DNA of 64,000 nt from an uncultured Pseudomonadales bacterium (GTDB taxonomy: Bacteria; Patescibacteriota; Microgenomatia; UBA1400; PJMF01), in contig CAZMXT010000001.1 in assembly GCA_964570365.1 (NCBI GenBank), forward strand, positions 73,440 through 137,439. Direction: 5' to 3'. A model generated the notes under the pieces. That model had not been told where the DNA came from. It made no database searches and worked only from the letters and a program-made list of their open reading frames with translations. The position numbers were made by a program, and so were the translations under genes. Below are positions 1 to 9,754 of this stretch, one piece after another. Position 1 is the first letter of the stretch. Every line of letters begins with the position of its first letter.

Positions 1-1394
1 ATTACAGAGGGGGCAAAGGGCATAAACCAATCCCTCCGCTTCATCACATCATTAATCTTCTCTCTGATATGAGGACCGCGAGGGTCAGCAAGAGCACTGC
101 GCTGGCCTAAAGCTCGAGGGCCCCACTCACCTCGTCCTTGAAACCAGCCAATTACCTTTCCAGAAACAATCTCTGTAGCAACCTTAGTCAAAAATGTTTT
201 GCGAGGAAAAGACTTAAAACTAACTTGCTTCTTAAATTTATCAAGTGCAATTTTTATCTCCGCATTACTAAAGCTACGACCAAAATCAGCTCTTTTGAGT
301 TCGGAACGGCGAAGTTGCTGAGAAACTTTTTGGTACCCTAAAAGTGCCGCACCGACCGCAATTCCGCTATCACCAGGGTTAGGATATACCCACAAATCCT
401 TTACTTTACCTTCATTTAGTAACTTCATACTCATCTTCACATTTAGGAAAAGGCCTCCTGCTGCTGAAAAGGTATTTAATTTATACTTTTTTTGTAGATA
501 CTTAAAGAACTTTAAAACTCGTTCTTCGAGAACTTGTTGTGCAGCTGCCGCTACATGGCGGTCACCATATTTTTCGACTAAATCTTTTAAATAACTGAAC
601 GTCTTTGTCTTGCTAAAAAACTCTATGGTCGAGACGCTGTTTACTTCTAACCAACTTGAACGACCCACCCACTTACCATCTATAAAATCTGGAAAGAACT
701 TACGCATTTCTTTAAGACATTTTTCTGGTTCGCCGTACACTGCTAGACCCATCGTCTTACCTTCACCATCATTTAACTTAAAACCTAACCCAACCGTTAC
801 CGCGCCATAATACAGGGCCAATGAAGCATAGATTGGGACTTCTTCGAGTTCTTGAAGTTGATTGTTCTTTCCAAGAAATATTTTGCCGCAGTTCGGCCGA
901 CCATCAGCGTTTGTACCGAAGCCGTCAAGCGCAACCACTAAGCAATGATCATGGGGACCACACCAATATGCAGTTGCAGCATGTGCGTCAGCATGAGAAA
1001 CACAGAGGATTTTAGAGTCATCTTTAACGAAGTTCTTCAAGGTAATGGTCTGTGGAGCCGAATATCTGACTATGGAAAAAGCACGTTGAAAAAACCAAGT
1101 CAAAAAATTCCAAACTCCACAATAGCGAATTCCTTCAAAGTATGCTTTGTAGTAAGCTAGAGAAGTGTACAAAGACATTGGGGAAGAAGTTGTTACAAAG
1201 TAGTCAACATGCTTTAGCTTCCAGTTTGTAAAACGAAAAGCATCCTCCATTGAGAGTACTGGAAATGATAGATCGTGTTTTTTCTTGCTCGCTCGTTCCT
1301 CTGCCTGGGCAAAAAGCAGTTCTCCATCTTCGAGTAGTGCAATTGAATTATCGTGATTATTCGAAAATTGGGACGTTAGCCCTATAATTTTCAT
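1..1394 (-). CDS. Carbamoyltransferase, NodU/CmcH/TobZ family (runs off the left edge; absent from the ORF track)
   Basis: Manual translation from ATG 1394, which overlaps the TGA of the upstream gene: MKIIGLTSQFSNNHDNSIALLEDGELLFAQAEER..HADAHAATAY..VVALDGFG..EGKTMGLA..AGGLFLNVK..PNPGDSG..IGWFQGRGEWGPRALGQRS..KRRDWFMPFAPSV. These are the family motifs. Confidence 0.93.
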   Translation of the reverse strand, partial: MKIIGLTSQFSNNHDNSIALLEDGELLFAQAEERASKKKHDLSFPVLSMEDAFRFTNWKLKHVDYFVTTSSPMSLYTSLAYYKAYFEGIRYCGVWNFLTWFFQRAFSIVRYSAPQTITLKNFVKDDSKILCVSHADAHAATAYWCGPHDHCLVVALDGFGTNADGRPNCGKIFLGKNNQLQELEEVPIYASLALYYGAVTVGLGFKLNDGEGKTMGLAVYGEPEKCLKEMRKFFPDFIDGKWVGRSSWLEVNSVSTIEFFSKTKTFSYLKDLVEKYGDRHVAAAAQQVLEERVLKFFKYLQKKYKLNTFSAAGGLFLNVKMSMKLLNEGKVKDLWVYPNPGDSGIAVGAALLGYQKVSQQLRRSELKRADFGRSFSNAEIKIALDKFKKQVSFKSFPRKTFLTKVATEIVSGKVIGWFQGRGEWGPRALGQRSALADPRGPHIREKINDVMKRRDWFMPFAPSV

Positions 1395-3049
1395 AGAGAC
1401 CTTAGTTGGGCAGGGGTAATATATAATTGTTTATTAGAGTAATCAATTCGCAAAAGGTTATACCTTTCAGGACTAAGGGACTGTGCAGCTGCCTTAAGTG
1501 CTTCCAGCTCATAAAAGTATCCGAATCCATATTCGCCATCACTAAAATATCCTTGGCTTGATAAATCCCACATAAATCCTTGACTTAACAAACTTTGTGG
1601 TATTACGCCTTGAGAATAATAGATGACCATTAAGGTGTAACCTACGCCTTGCTGGAAAGGTAATTTTTGGTTAGGAATAATAAAATCTTCTTTCGAAGAA
1701 ACGTAGAAAAAGTTGATTTTTTTACTGCTAATATTTTGAGCCTGAAACTGCTCCACCATTGTACGACGCTGCATTGAGACAACTGTTTTCTCCTTTAAGT
1801 AAGATTGAATCTGGGTGGATTGAAATGTGATAAAAAGCAAGAAGAATATTAGAGTGCCTGCCAAGACCTTTACTGACCTTTTCTTCAACTCAAGTCCTGC
1901 TAGTATAATCGCTATTCCCACTAGTGGGAGATAGACATACCTACTTTCCATATATGCATTCCCTTTTTGAATAATAGTTAGCGGGAGCAAAGCCAAAAAA
2001 TAAAAAAATCCTCCAATAATGACGTTCTGCCACCGCAAATATCCTCTAACTAGTAAAAATACCCCTACAGCGAGCAATCCAAAAGTAAGTATCACAGAAA
2101 GCACTAGACTTAGGCTGAGCTCCACATATGGAGCTGAATATTTGCCATGAAAAAGGAGTGTGTTGATTTTATATCCCCAGCCAAATAGGAAGGGTGCTGG
2201 AATAAATAATTGACTAACTGTTGCAAGTGGAGCAGAAATAATATTTTTAAAAAGGACTTCCAGACCACTATTATTTGCAGTTGATTGTTTAACCATAATT
2301 CCGGACGCTTCAGAACTTAAAAAAAAGTAGTGCAAGTAACGCAGCAGCGTAGTGCAGGTAATTACCAAAAAGAATGAGGTAGTTTTTAAGTTAGAACGCC
2401 AGTTTCCCCCTCTTTGTAGATAGAAAAGAAAGATGTAGAAAAAGCTAAAAAGCGCATTCATTTCTTTTGTTAAGAAAGAAAGATAAAAAAGAAAGATAGA
2501 TAGGATAAGTTGATCTCTCCTATTTGTACTCAGGTAGTAGAGGAAAAAAAGTATTGAGACTAAGAGCAGGCAAGTTGCTAGCGGTACTGAAATAGAGGCA
2601 GCGAACCACGTAACAGCCTGGTGGGAGGTAATATTAATCAGAAAAATAACTACAGCAGCAAAATTAACGTACTTGGCCGAGCGAATTTTTTGAAGAACCA
2701 AGAAAAGAGAAAATCCAGTTAGACCGTGTAGCGTGATAGAAAAAATAGTTAATGGAATTAAGTTAAATCCAAAAGCTAGGTAAAAGAAAGTGTTAAATAT
2801 TTGAGTAAGTGGTCTTCCTTGGGCAAAGACTAGCGCATTCAAAATCCCCGACTCAGCTATTACCCCGAGCTCTTTTCCATATGTAAGTCCTAAGCCCATC
2901 CATTCATCTTGTTCAAAAAAATGAAAAAAAAGACGCCAGTAGGTAAGGAACGCGATACCTACAAAAACAACTAACCATCTTGACCATTCTGGAGTTTGAG
3001 TAAAAAAATTCAATAGGGAATTATTTGTTGGAGGTTTTCTTTTTTTCAT
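1391..3049 (-). CDS. Multi-pass membrane protein, probable GT-C glycosyltransferase
   Basis: About 12 hydrophobic segments; acidic FEQDEW after TM1; GRP motif; KE motif; ESRYVYLP motif; soluble C-terminal tail. Confidence 0.65.
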   Translation of the reverse strand: MKKRKPPTNNSLLNFFTQTPEWSRWLVVFVGIAFLTYWRLFFHFFEQDEWMGLGLTYGKELGVIAESGILNALVFAQGRPLTQIFNTFFYLAFGFNLIPLTIFSITLHGLTGFSLFLVLQKIRSAKYVNFAAVVIFLINITSHQAVTWFAASISVPLATCLLLVSILFFLYYLSTNRRDQLILSIFLFYLSFLTKEMNALFSFFYIFLFYLQRGGNWRSNLKTTSFFLVITCTTLLRYLHYFFLSSEASGIMVKQSTANNSGLEVLFKNIISAPLATVSQLFIPAPFLFGWGYKINTLLFHGKYSAPYVELSLSLVLSVILTFGLLAVGVFLLVRGYLRWQNVIIGGFFYFLALLPLTIIQKGNAYMESRYVYLPLVGIAIILAGLELKKRSVKVLAGTLIFFLLFITFQSTQIQSYLKEKTVVSMQRRTMVEQFQAQNISSKKINFFYVSSKEDFIIPNQKLPFQQGVGYTLMVIYYSQGVIPQSLLSQGFMWDLSSQGYFSDGEYGFGYFYELEALKAAAQSLSPERYNLLRIDYSNKQLYITPAQLRSL

Positions 3050-3082
3050 TCTAATTAATCAATAACTTCTTGAGTGTAACAT

Positions 3083-6000
3083 ATGCAGTTGACCTTTCAA
3101 AAATCTAGCTGTATTGTTATTTTGAAAATAGCATTCACTTATACTTCGGATTTTCACTTAAAGGCAAAAGGTCGTTTGAAGATACTATCCTTTTTTAAAT
3201 TTTTAAAAAGAATACCCAGTTGGGTAACTGAGGTGGTAATTCTTTTTTTTCTCTCATGGACTCCTTTTTTTTGGTTAAAAAGTGATCAAGTAATTTTAGG
3301 TCATGACGCGGGATTTCGCCTAGATATGACCAATTACTTACGTGACCTTTGGTATTCTTGGACCCCCTCACCAGGTTTTGGAGCTGATTGGACTCTTAAC
3401 AAGGGTTTTCTTATAGCACAAACTCCAGAAACTTTTTTTACTTTTGTGACTAATGATGTATCTCTAGGTCAAAGACTTTCATTTGTTTTTTGGTTTTTTA
3501 TGATTGGCTTATCTATGTATATCTTTGTTAAACATTTTTTCCCAAGAAAAGAATTCTTTACTTTCAGAATATTTTCAAGTTTATTTTATATGTACAACTT
3601 TTTCTTGCTGCAAGGCTGGTTTATTACCGAGAGAGGAAAGTTTTCTCTATATGTAGCACTTCCATTAGGACTACTTATCTTATACGAAACATTACTAAAA
3701 AAAATTCCTCCTTTGAAGGGTGCTACTTTATTTGGACTTATTTTCTTTTTTTTCAATGGAGGTGGCTCACCTCCTCTTTACGGAGCAATTTTAGTCGTCT
3801 ACAGTGTGAGTTTTTTCTACCTATCTTTTGTTAATATCTGGCAAAATGGAGCTAAGGGTTTACTCCATTCTTTAAAAACTATTTTTCTTTTTGGAGTAAT
3901 TACCGTACTTTTAAATTCTTATTGGATTATTCCGCAAATCCAGTTAGCAAAAAATCAATACGGAGCTAGACTAGCCGCATCTGGAGGAATTGAAAGCATA
4001 CTTAACTGGGAAAAGACTGTCAGTAAAAATGCAAGTCTTATAAATCTTTTCCGCCTACAGGGCATACCTGATTGGTACGATAGTCCTAACCACACTTATT
4101 CCCGCTTTTTTCTAGAAAATCCCCTCCTTATTGTATTAAGCTTCTTGCCCATTTCACTGATACTTCTTGGTCTTTTTCTTCATCACCGTTTTAGAGTTGA
4201 AGAAAGAAATGATCACTTATTTTTTCTCATTTTGCTTATTTTAATAGTGAGTTGTTTGTTTGCAGCAGGCTCGCACGACCCTTTTGGCTCAATCTACTTG
4301 CTCTTTATTAAGTATATTCCAGGATTTGCTATATTTCGTTCAGCGATATATAAATTTGGCCCAGGTGTTTGGTTCAGCATTATTTTCCTTTCTGGATACT
4401 CTCTCAACTTCTTACTCCTACATCTGAGATCTAGAAAAAAACTTTCCCTTGTAATAACTAGTCTGAGTATTTTCACTTTGTTGGCATATCACTTTCCTTT
4501 TTTTACGCATCAGTTCTTTCAGTTTGATCCACCATTTGGCACCCGCGTCGCGGTCCCAAAGTATGTGATTGAAACTGCCGGATACATGAATAAGAATGCT
4601 TCCTCAGATTCTCGGCTTTTACTATTACCCAAACTTTACCCTTCATTCCCTGTTGATAGTTATAAATGGGGCTTCTGGAGTTTTGACTTGCTTCCTAGAT
4701 TAAGTTTTTCTCACTCTGTTATCGTTAATGAGGCTGGAGCTCCTCCAATTATTGATTCCTTGTACAAAGCTGCTGATCAGCAGAATCTTTTAGTGTTCAA
4801 CCGAATTAGTCAGATGCTAGGAGTCAATTATGTGCTTTGGAGGTCTGACATTCTCTATCATGATAAAAAAACCCAAGCGAAAGAATTTTCAGATAATCTC
4901 TTCTCTCCAATGAACGCTAATCACCCCGAATCTGTAAAAGATTTTAATGAGTGGCAGCTGTACCCTTTAACTACCTCTTCCAAACTTTTTTCAACCCATC
5001 AGAGAGCCACTTTAACCCAAATCTCTGGTTCTGGATTTGCGAAAGTTCTTGAATCTGAGCCAGTCATGTCCCCGGGCAAGCTCTACTTGGATCAGGCTGA
5101 TTTAGAAGAAACTGCTTTAAGTAGAGAGCTCAGCCTTGATTCAGCTTATATTATTGAAGCACATTGTCTCAACTGTCATTACCTGACTGATCCCAACTTT
5201 CCCTTATTTGGTGTAAGTTTCCCATTTGTAAGATTCCTTCCAAACTCGCTTATATATCCGTATGTTATTTTTAAAGAAAACGAAGCCTTAGCAAATGCAA
5301 GCAATTCTCCAGTCAAAAAGATTGATACTGGTCTACTTTTTGCTGACAAAAGAATTAATGAAGTTTCGTTTCTTCTGCAAGAGCATCAGGACGCTAGATT
5401 AGCGGAGAGCCTTCAGGCAACTATCAACAGATATAAGTCTTTAATAGCAACGATACAGACTGAACTACCTGAGCTCTCAGGACTCACCCAGCGAGAAAAC
5501 CAAACTAAACTACTTTCTCATTTGTATGCACACCAGAAGTTACTGTATCAATCTTCCGGTGTTTCTAGTGAATTAAGTGAGTTTGTTCAAGCCACGCTCC
5601 GGAGCATCGAAGAAGAAGATAGTATTATTCAAAGGACAGGGTTTTTATCTTCCGCAGAAGCAGTGAATGTAAAGAAATTTCTGATTTCAGTTCCTGTATC
5701 TGGGACATACGAAGTACATTTAGTTAATACAGATGTCAAAAAAATAAAATCACTCTGGCAAGGAAAAGAAGTTGATCTTAGTAATGAGTTATCTCTTGAA
5801 GTAGGCGAGTATCAGCTAGAGATCATTTACCCAAAAGCCGAAAATCTCACTCTTTCTCGCCCAGTGGAAATTTCCGGAAAACTACAAGAAAAGAATAGTG
5901 AAAGAGTTGGGTTTAACATTCAAGACTTTGATCATGCCAGCGAGTACTTCATAAGCTTTGAGTACTTCAGCCAACAAGAACAATCCACCTCTTTTTCAAT

Positions 6001-6625
6001 CTTACAAGATAATGACCCACAACCAGAAAAGTACAAGCTGCAGCCTAAAACCAATGTCACACTAAAAAGCAATGGTCAATGGAACACCTATACACATTTC
6101 TTTGTACCCAATGAGTATGCAAAAGAAGTGAACCTCTTTATTACCTCCTTTAACTCTGAAGGAACAAATCCTGAAATAGAAATTCGGAATTTTGAGGTAA
6201 AGAAAATTGCTACACTAGATGTATTTTTAGTAAAGCAAGCTTCTCCAATCACCTCGAAGAATCTCAATTCAGAAAAAATTCCTATCAGTTTCACAACTTT
6301 GAATCCAACCAAACACTTGATACATCTCAACACTGCCCCAGAATCTTTCTTTCTACACTTTAATCAAAGTTACAATCCTGGATGGGCACTTTATCCTGCT
6401 GGAACCCCTTGGTGGCAGACACTCTGGAAAAAATCAATTGCGGCAGATGCTCACTTTATAGGGAACACCTATGCTAATACTTGGTACCTGAAAAATGCTC
6501 AACATCAAGACTTAATTGTTTTTTACCGACCTCAGGCCGTCTTTTACGCGGCTGCCTTAATTTCAACCATTATGATCATCTTTAGCACTTCCTACTTGAT
6601 TCTAATCACAAGAAAAAGAAAATGA
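3083..6625 (+). CDS. Large GT-C membrane protein (AftD/DUF3367- or YfhO-like) with an extracellular beta-rich domain and a C-terminal TM anchor
   Basis: GHD motif after TM1; many TMs; FR..YKF; C-terminal FNQSYNPGW..N.YANTW..YRPQ plus TM. The true start may be TTG at 3176. Confidence 0.65.
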   Translation: MQLTFQKSSCIVILKIAFTYTSDFHLKAKGRLKILSFFKFLKRIPSWVTEVVILFFLSWTPFFWLKSDQVILGHDAGFRLDMTNYLRDLWYSWTPSPGFGADWTLNKGFLIAQTPETFFTFVTNDVSLGQRLSFVFWFFMIGLSMYIFVKHFFPRKEFFTFRIFSSLFYMYNFFLLQGWFITERGKFSLYVALPLGLLILYETLLKKIPPLKGATLFGLIFFFFNGGGSPPLYGAILVVYSVSFFYLSFVNIWQNGAKGLLHSLKTIFLFGVITVLLNSYWIIPQIQLAKNQYGARLAASGGIESILNWEKTVSKNASLINLFRLQGIPDWYDSPNHTYSRFFLENPLLIVLSFLPISLILLGLFLHHRFRVEERNDHLFFLILLILIVSCLFAAGSHDPFGSIYLLFIKYIPGFAIFRSAIYKFGPGVWFSIIFLSGYSLNFLLLHLRSRKKLSLVITSLSIFTLLAYHFPFFTHQFFQFDPPFGTRVAVPKYVIETAGYMNKNASSDSRLLLLPKLYPSFPVDSYKWGFWSFDLLPRLSFSHSVIVNEAGAPPIIDSLYKAADQQNLLVFNRISQMLGVNYVLWRSDILYHDKKTQAKEFSDNLFSPMNANHPESVKDFNEWQLYPLTTSSKLFSTHQRATLTQISGSGFAKVLESEPVMSPGKLYLDQADLEETALSRELSLDSAYIIEAHCLNCHYLTDPNFPLFGVSFPFVRFLPNSLIYPYVIFKENEALANASNSPVKKIDTGLLFADKRINEVSFLLQEHQDARLAESLQATINRYKSLIATIQTELPELSGLTQRENQTKLLSHLYAHQKLLYQSSGVSSELSEFVQATLRSIEEEDSIIQRTGFLSSAEAVNVKKFLISVPVSGTYEVHLVNTDVKKIKSLWQGKEVDLSNELSLEVGEYQLEIIYPKAENLTLSRPVEISGKLQEKNSERVGFNIQDFDHASEYFISFEYFSQQEQSTSFSILQDNDPQPEKYKLQPKTNVTLKSNGQWNTYTHFFVPNEYAKEVNLFITSFNSEGTNPEIEIRNFEVKKIATLDVFLVKQASPITSKNLNSEKIPISFTTLNPTKHLIHLNTAPESFFLHFNQSYNPGWALYPAGTPWWQTLWKKSIAADAHFIGNTYANTWYLKNAQHQDLIVFYRPQAVFYAAALISTIMIIFSTSYLILITRKRK

Positions 6626-6978
6626 AGCGTCTTAACCTTCAGTTAATTAGGTTTATCCATAATAATCAGGAGCAAATTATTGTACTGATAGCGATATACA
6701 GTGTCATGAATTTTTTCTCTTCATTACCTTACCTCAACTTGTTTTTTACGCCTTGGACCACAATTCTTTTTGAAGGAATAGTTGCCACGTTGCTTTTTGG
6801 AAAAAGAGTTCCTTTTATTTTCGCTTTTATTTTATTGGGATTTTCCCTGTATGCAACTGTTTTTTCCTTTTATAGCTCTGCAGAAGATGCCGGAGTCTTT
6901 ATCTATATTTTTTTAACTCTTGGCTTTTTGATTCAGGTTGTAGGCTATTTACGCTCACTCCCTCACAGATCTAAATGA
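6622..6978 (+). CDS. Small membrane protein (about 4 TM), function unknown
   Basis: ATGA overlap with the upstream gene; hydrophobic 118 aa. Confidence 0.65.
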   Translation: MKRLNLQLIRFIHNNQEQIIVLIAIYSVMNFFSSLPYLNLFFTPWTTILFEGIVATLLFGKRVPFIFAFILLGFSLYATVFSFYSSAEDAGVFIYIFLTLGFLIQVVGYLRSLPHRSK

Positions 6979-6990
6979 TATGATAAAAAA

Positions 6991-8550
6991 ATGAAGAAAT
7001 GGTACTTTTTACTCTCACTGGGAATTATCTTACTCGCCTTTATCTTTCGCTTTCAACCACTCAAAGTACCCTTTTGGGTAGATGAGTTTAGTACCGCTTA
7101 CCAGGCTAATCTATTGCTCAAGTTTGGACCTTCGATTATTAGCAATCCCAATTATTACTTTGAACATCACAATGTAACTACACATGTTTTAGTGGCACTC
7201 TTTTTTCAGTTTTTTGGTCAAAGCGAGTTTGCGGCACGCTTCCCACTGATGATCATTGGCTCATTTGTTCCCCTGCTTATATTTTGGCTCGGAAAGAAGG
7301 TTTTTGACCCCCTCACTGGTATTACAGCCAGCGTTTTATCTATTTTTTCTTACTTTATGATTACTTGGTCCCGACAAGCAAGAGGATACGTTATTCAGCA
7401 GTTACTAGTTCTTTTACTTTTTCTGACATACTTCAGCATTTTAGAATCAAAAAGAAATCGCCCTTTCCTACTCTTTTTGTTAGGAATAATTATTCTGTTA
7501 GGAACGTTAACCCACATCATGTTTATGATTGCGTTCGGGACTATGATTCTGCACTTCTGCATATTTCATTTCTCAGAACTTAAAAAGTTTCTTAAGCAGC
7601 CATTTTTTTATCTGTGCATCGGCATATTTTTCTCGATCATTTGGTACGTTGGAATACTTGGCCAAGTAGGTGTTCAAGTAGCGACTATTGCAAGTGGACA
7701 GCTCTCAAATAACCTTTGGTATTATCACTCCTTTTTATGGCGTGAGTACTCCTTAATTACTTTTCTAGGCTTAATTGGACTAGGGCTTGCACTCATAACA
7801 AAAAAAAGATTTGCCTATTTGATTAGTCTCTACTTCTTTTTGCAGTTCATATTCTTGTGTTTTTTCTTTGGACCCTATGTTTCGCGTTACCTACTGCCAC
7901 TCTTCCCATTTTTATTACTAGGCGTTGCGTACTCGCTGACCTACTTTACCAATGCTCTTTTTAAAACCCAGCAGAAGTGGAAGGTACCCCAGCAGTTACA
8001 AAAAGCCCTACCGTTGATACTCGCCCTGCTGATCATTGCAAATGGAGATAAATTTACCCTTAAACCTAAAAGTTATTACTCAGTGAATCATGACTTCCGA
8101 GAAATTGCTGTGATCGACTACGATCAAGTCTATGACCTGATTAAAAAGAAAGGTGAGTTGGATAAAGGCCAGACTGCGGTTGTTGATACTTGGGGAGATC
8201 GTCTAGTTTGGTACTTGGGCACAGAGTTTGAAGGCTCGTACTTCTTTCGCTGGATTGATGGACAGGGATTAATGAAACAAACCTCATTTAGCTTTAACAC
8301 TCAGGGAGAAAAAGTATTGGGTAACCGAAATCAAGCTAAGTTTATGGGTGAGTTAGCCGATCTTCAACTGGCCATGAAAAAATATCCTAAAGGCTTCATT
8401 TGGATAGATGATTCTTCCCTTCCCAAAGAAGTTCTTGATTTTGCTGAAGCCAACTTTCACAAGGAGTTAGTCTTAGATCACTACACTTTAGATGATAATC
8501 CATACTCTATCTGGCCAGGGACACTTTACAGTTGGGGTATTAGTCTATGA
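6991..8550 (+). CDS. GT-C glycosyltransferase (PMT_2/ArnT-like, GT39/GT83 type)
   Basis: FWVDE after TM1; SEFAARFP; SRQARGY; RYLLP. Confidence 0.85.
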   Translation: MKKWYFLLSLGIILLAFIFRFQPLKVPFWVDEFSTAYQANLLLKFGPSIISNPNYYFEHHNVTTHVLVALFFQFFGQSEFAARFPLMIIGSFVPLLIFWLGKKVFDPLTGITASVLSIFSYFMITWSRQARGYVIQQLLVLLLFLTYFSILESKRNRPFLLFLLGIIILLGTLTHIMFMIAFGTMILHFCIFHFSELKKFLKQPFFYLCIGIFFSIIWYVGILGQVGVQVATIASGQLSNNLWYYHSFLWREYSLITFLGLIGLGLALITKKRFAYLISLYFFLQFIFLCFFFGPYVSRYLLPLFPFLLLGVAYSLTYFTNALFKTQQKWKVPQQLQKALPLILALLIIANGDKFTLKPKSYYSVNHDFREIAVIDYDQVYDLIKKKGELDKGQTAVVDTWGDRLVWYLGTEFEGSYFFRWIDGQGLMKQTSFSFNTQGEKVLGNRNQAKFMGELADLQLAMKKYPKGFIWIDDSSLPKEVLDFAEANFHKELVLDHYTLDDNPYSIWPGTLYSWGISL

Positions 8551-9746
8551 TACGCAGCCTCTTTCAACGTTCTATTACTCTATTTATGGGTCTGGCTGCA
8601 GGCAAAGTGCTAAGTACGATAATCTTTATCTTACTGGCCCGCACCCTTTTACCAGAAAGCTTTGGACAAATCTTATTTTTAGCTACCTTTCTGCAAATAG
8701 TCACTGTCCTGGCTGATTTTGGGCTGGTCCAGTGGTATCAAGCTCACTATGAAAAAGAAAAAGACCATTTCCTCTTTCACCGCATTTTGAGAGCCCGCCT
8801 ACTGACTTTAATTGTATCGGCAGTAGCTGCGTTCACTTTCTTAACTTTAACCCGGACTTTTCCCCTTCCAGTAATAGTGCTCCTGATCTTTACACTGTTG
8901 CCGGATTCACTGCTGTCCATTGGAGATGCATATTACCTGCCTCGCCAAAAAACCAAGGCAATATCTTATAAGAATCCCTCGAGAATGCTCATCATCTTAG
9001 CTGGGTACCTCCTCACCCAAAAATTCTTTAACTTAGAGATCGCTGCTTGCCTCTTTCTCTTCAGCTCACTAATTACTGCTATCTGGTTTTTTCCTTGGAA
9101 GGTCCTAAAAGATTGGTTCTCATTTAATTTGATGGAGAGTTACGAAACTTTAAAATCTTCCGCTACTTTCGCCTTCTTAATTGTCACTTCATTCTTATAT
9201 GCCCGAAGCGACTCGTTTGTGATTCAGTATAGTCTTGGGAGCGGAGCTCTGGGTATCTATGGAGCTGCGTATAGATACTTGGAGAGCCTTAGCCTACTTC
9301 CAACCGCTTTGGCACAGAATCTTTTCCCCTTAGCTGCTCGAAAAGGCTTTATTACTGCGACGCAACTGCAAAAGATATTTGCCATTATGGCAGTGCTAGG
9401 TCTCGTGTTAGCTACTGGACTATATTTCAGTGCCGAGTTATTAACTACTACGTTATTAGGCGTAAACTATAGTGCTGCATCACCGCTCGTCAGAGTTTTC
9501 TCCTTTGTTGTTTTACTCTTCTTTATTAACTCTCCGCTGAGCATGGTGGTTCAGAGTTCAAGTTTAGTCAAAAAATTTCTGCCTTTTGGAATGATTAATA
9601 CGCTCCTGAATATTGGTGGTAACTTGTTTTTAATACCTCAGTACGGGATTATTGCAGCAGCATGGATGATGGTGGTAACTGAGCTAACAGGATTTCTGAT
9701 TAACTGCCTCTTTGTTCTGAAAGTTTACAGCCCTAAAAACACTTAA
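8547..9746 (+). CDS. Wzx-type oligosaccharide flippase
   Basis: LARTLLPESFG; ADFGL; D..I...LG...LGIYGAAYR; LIPQYGIIAAA; about 12 TMs. Confidence 0.85.
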   Translation: MIRSLFQRSITLFMGLAAGKVLSTIIFILLARTLLPESFGQILFLATFLQIVTVLADFGLVQWYQAHYEKEKDHFLFHRILRARLLTLIVSAVAAFTFLTLTRTFPLPVIVLLIFTLLPDSLLSIGDAYYLPRQKTKAISYKNPSRMLIILAGYLLTQKFFNLEIAACLFLFSSLITAIWFFPWKVLKDWFSFNLMESYETLKSSATFAFLIVTSFLYARSDSFVIQYSLGSGALGIYGAAYRYLESLSLLPTALAQNLFPLAARKGFITATQLQKIFAIMAVLGLVLATGLYFSAELLTTTLLGVNYSAASPLVRVFSFVVLLFFINSPLSMVVQSSSLVKKFLPFGMINTLLNIGGNLFLIPQYGIIAAAWMMVVTELTGFLINCLFVLKVYSPKNT

Positions 9747-9754
9747 ACGCCTCT

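Noticed and set aside
138-1160. Four short plus-strand ORFs
   Set aside because: They are antisense shadows of the minus-strand carbamoyltransferase.
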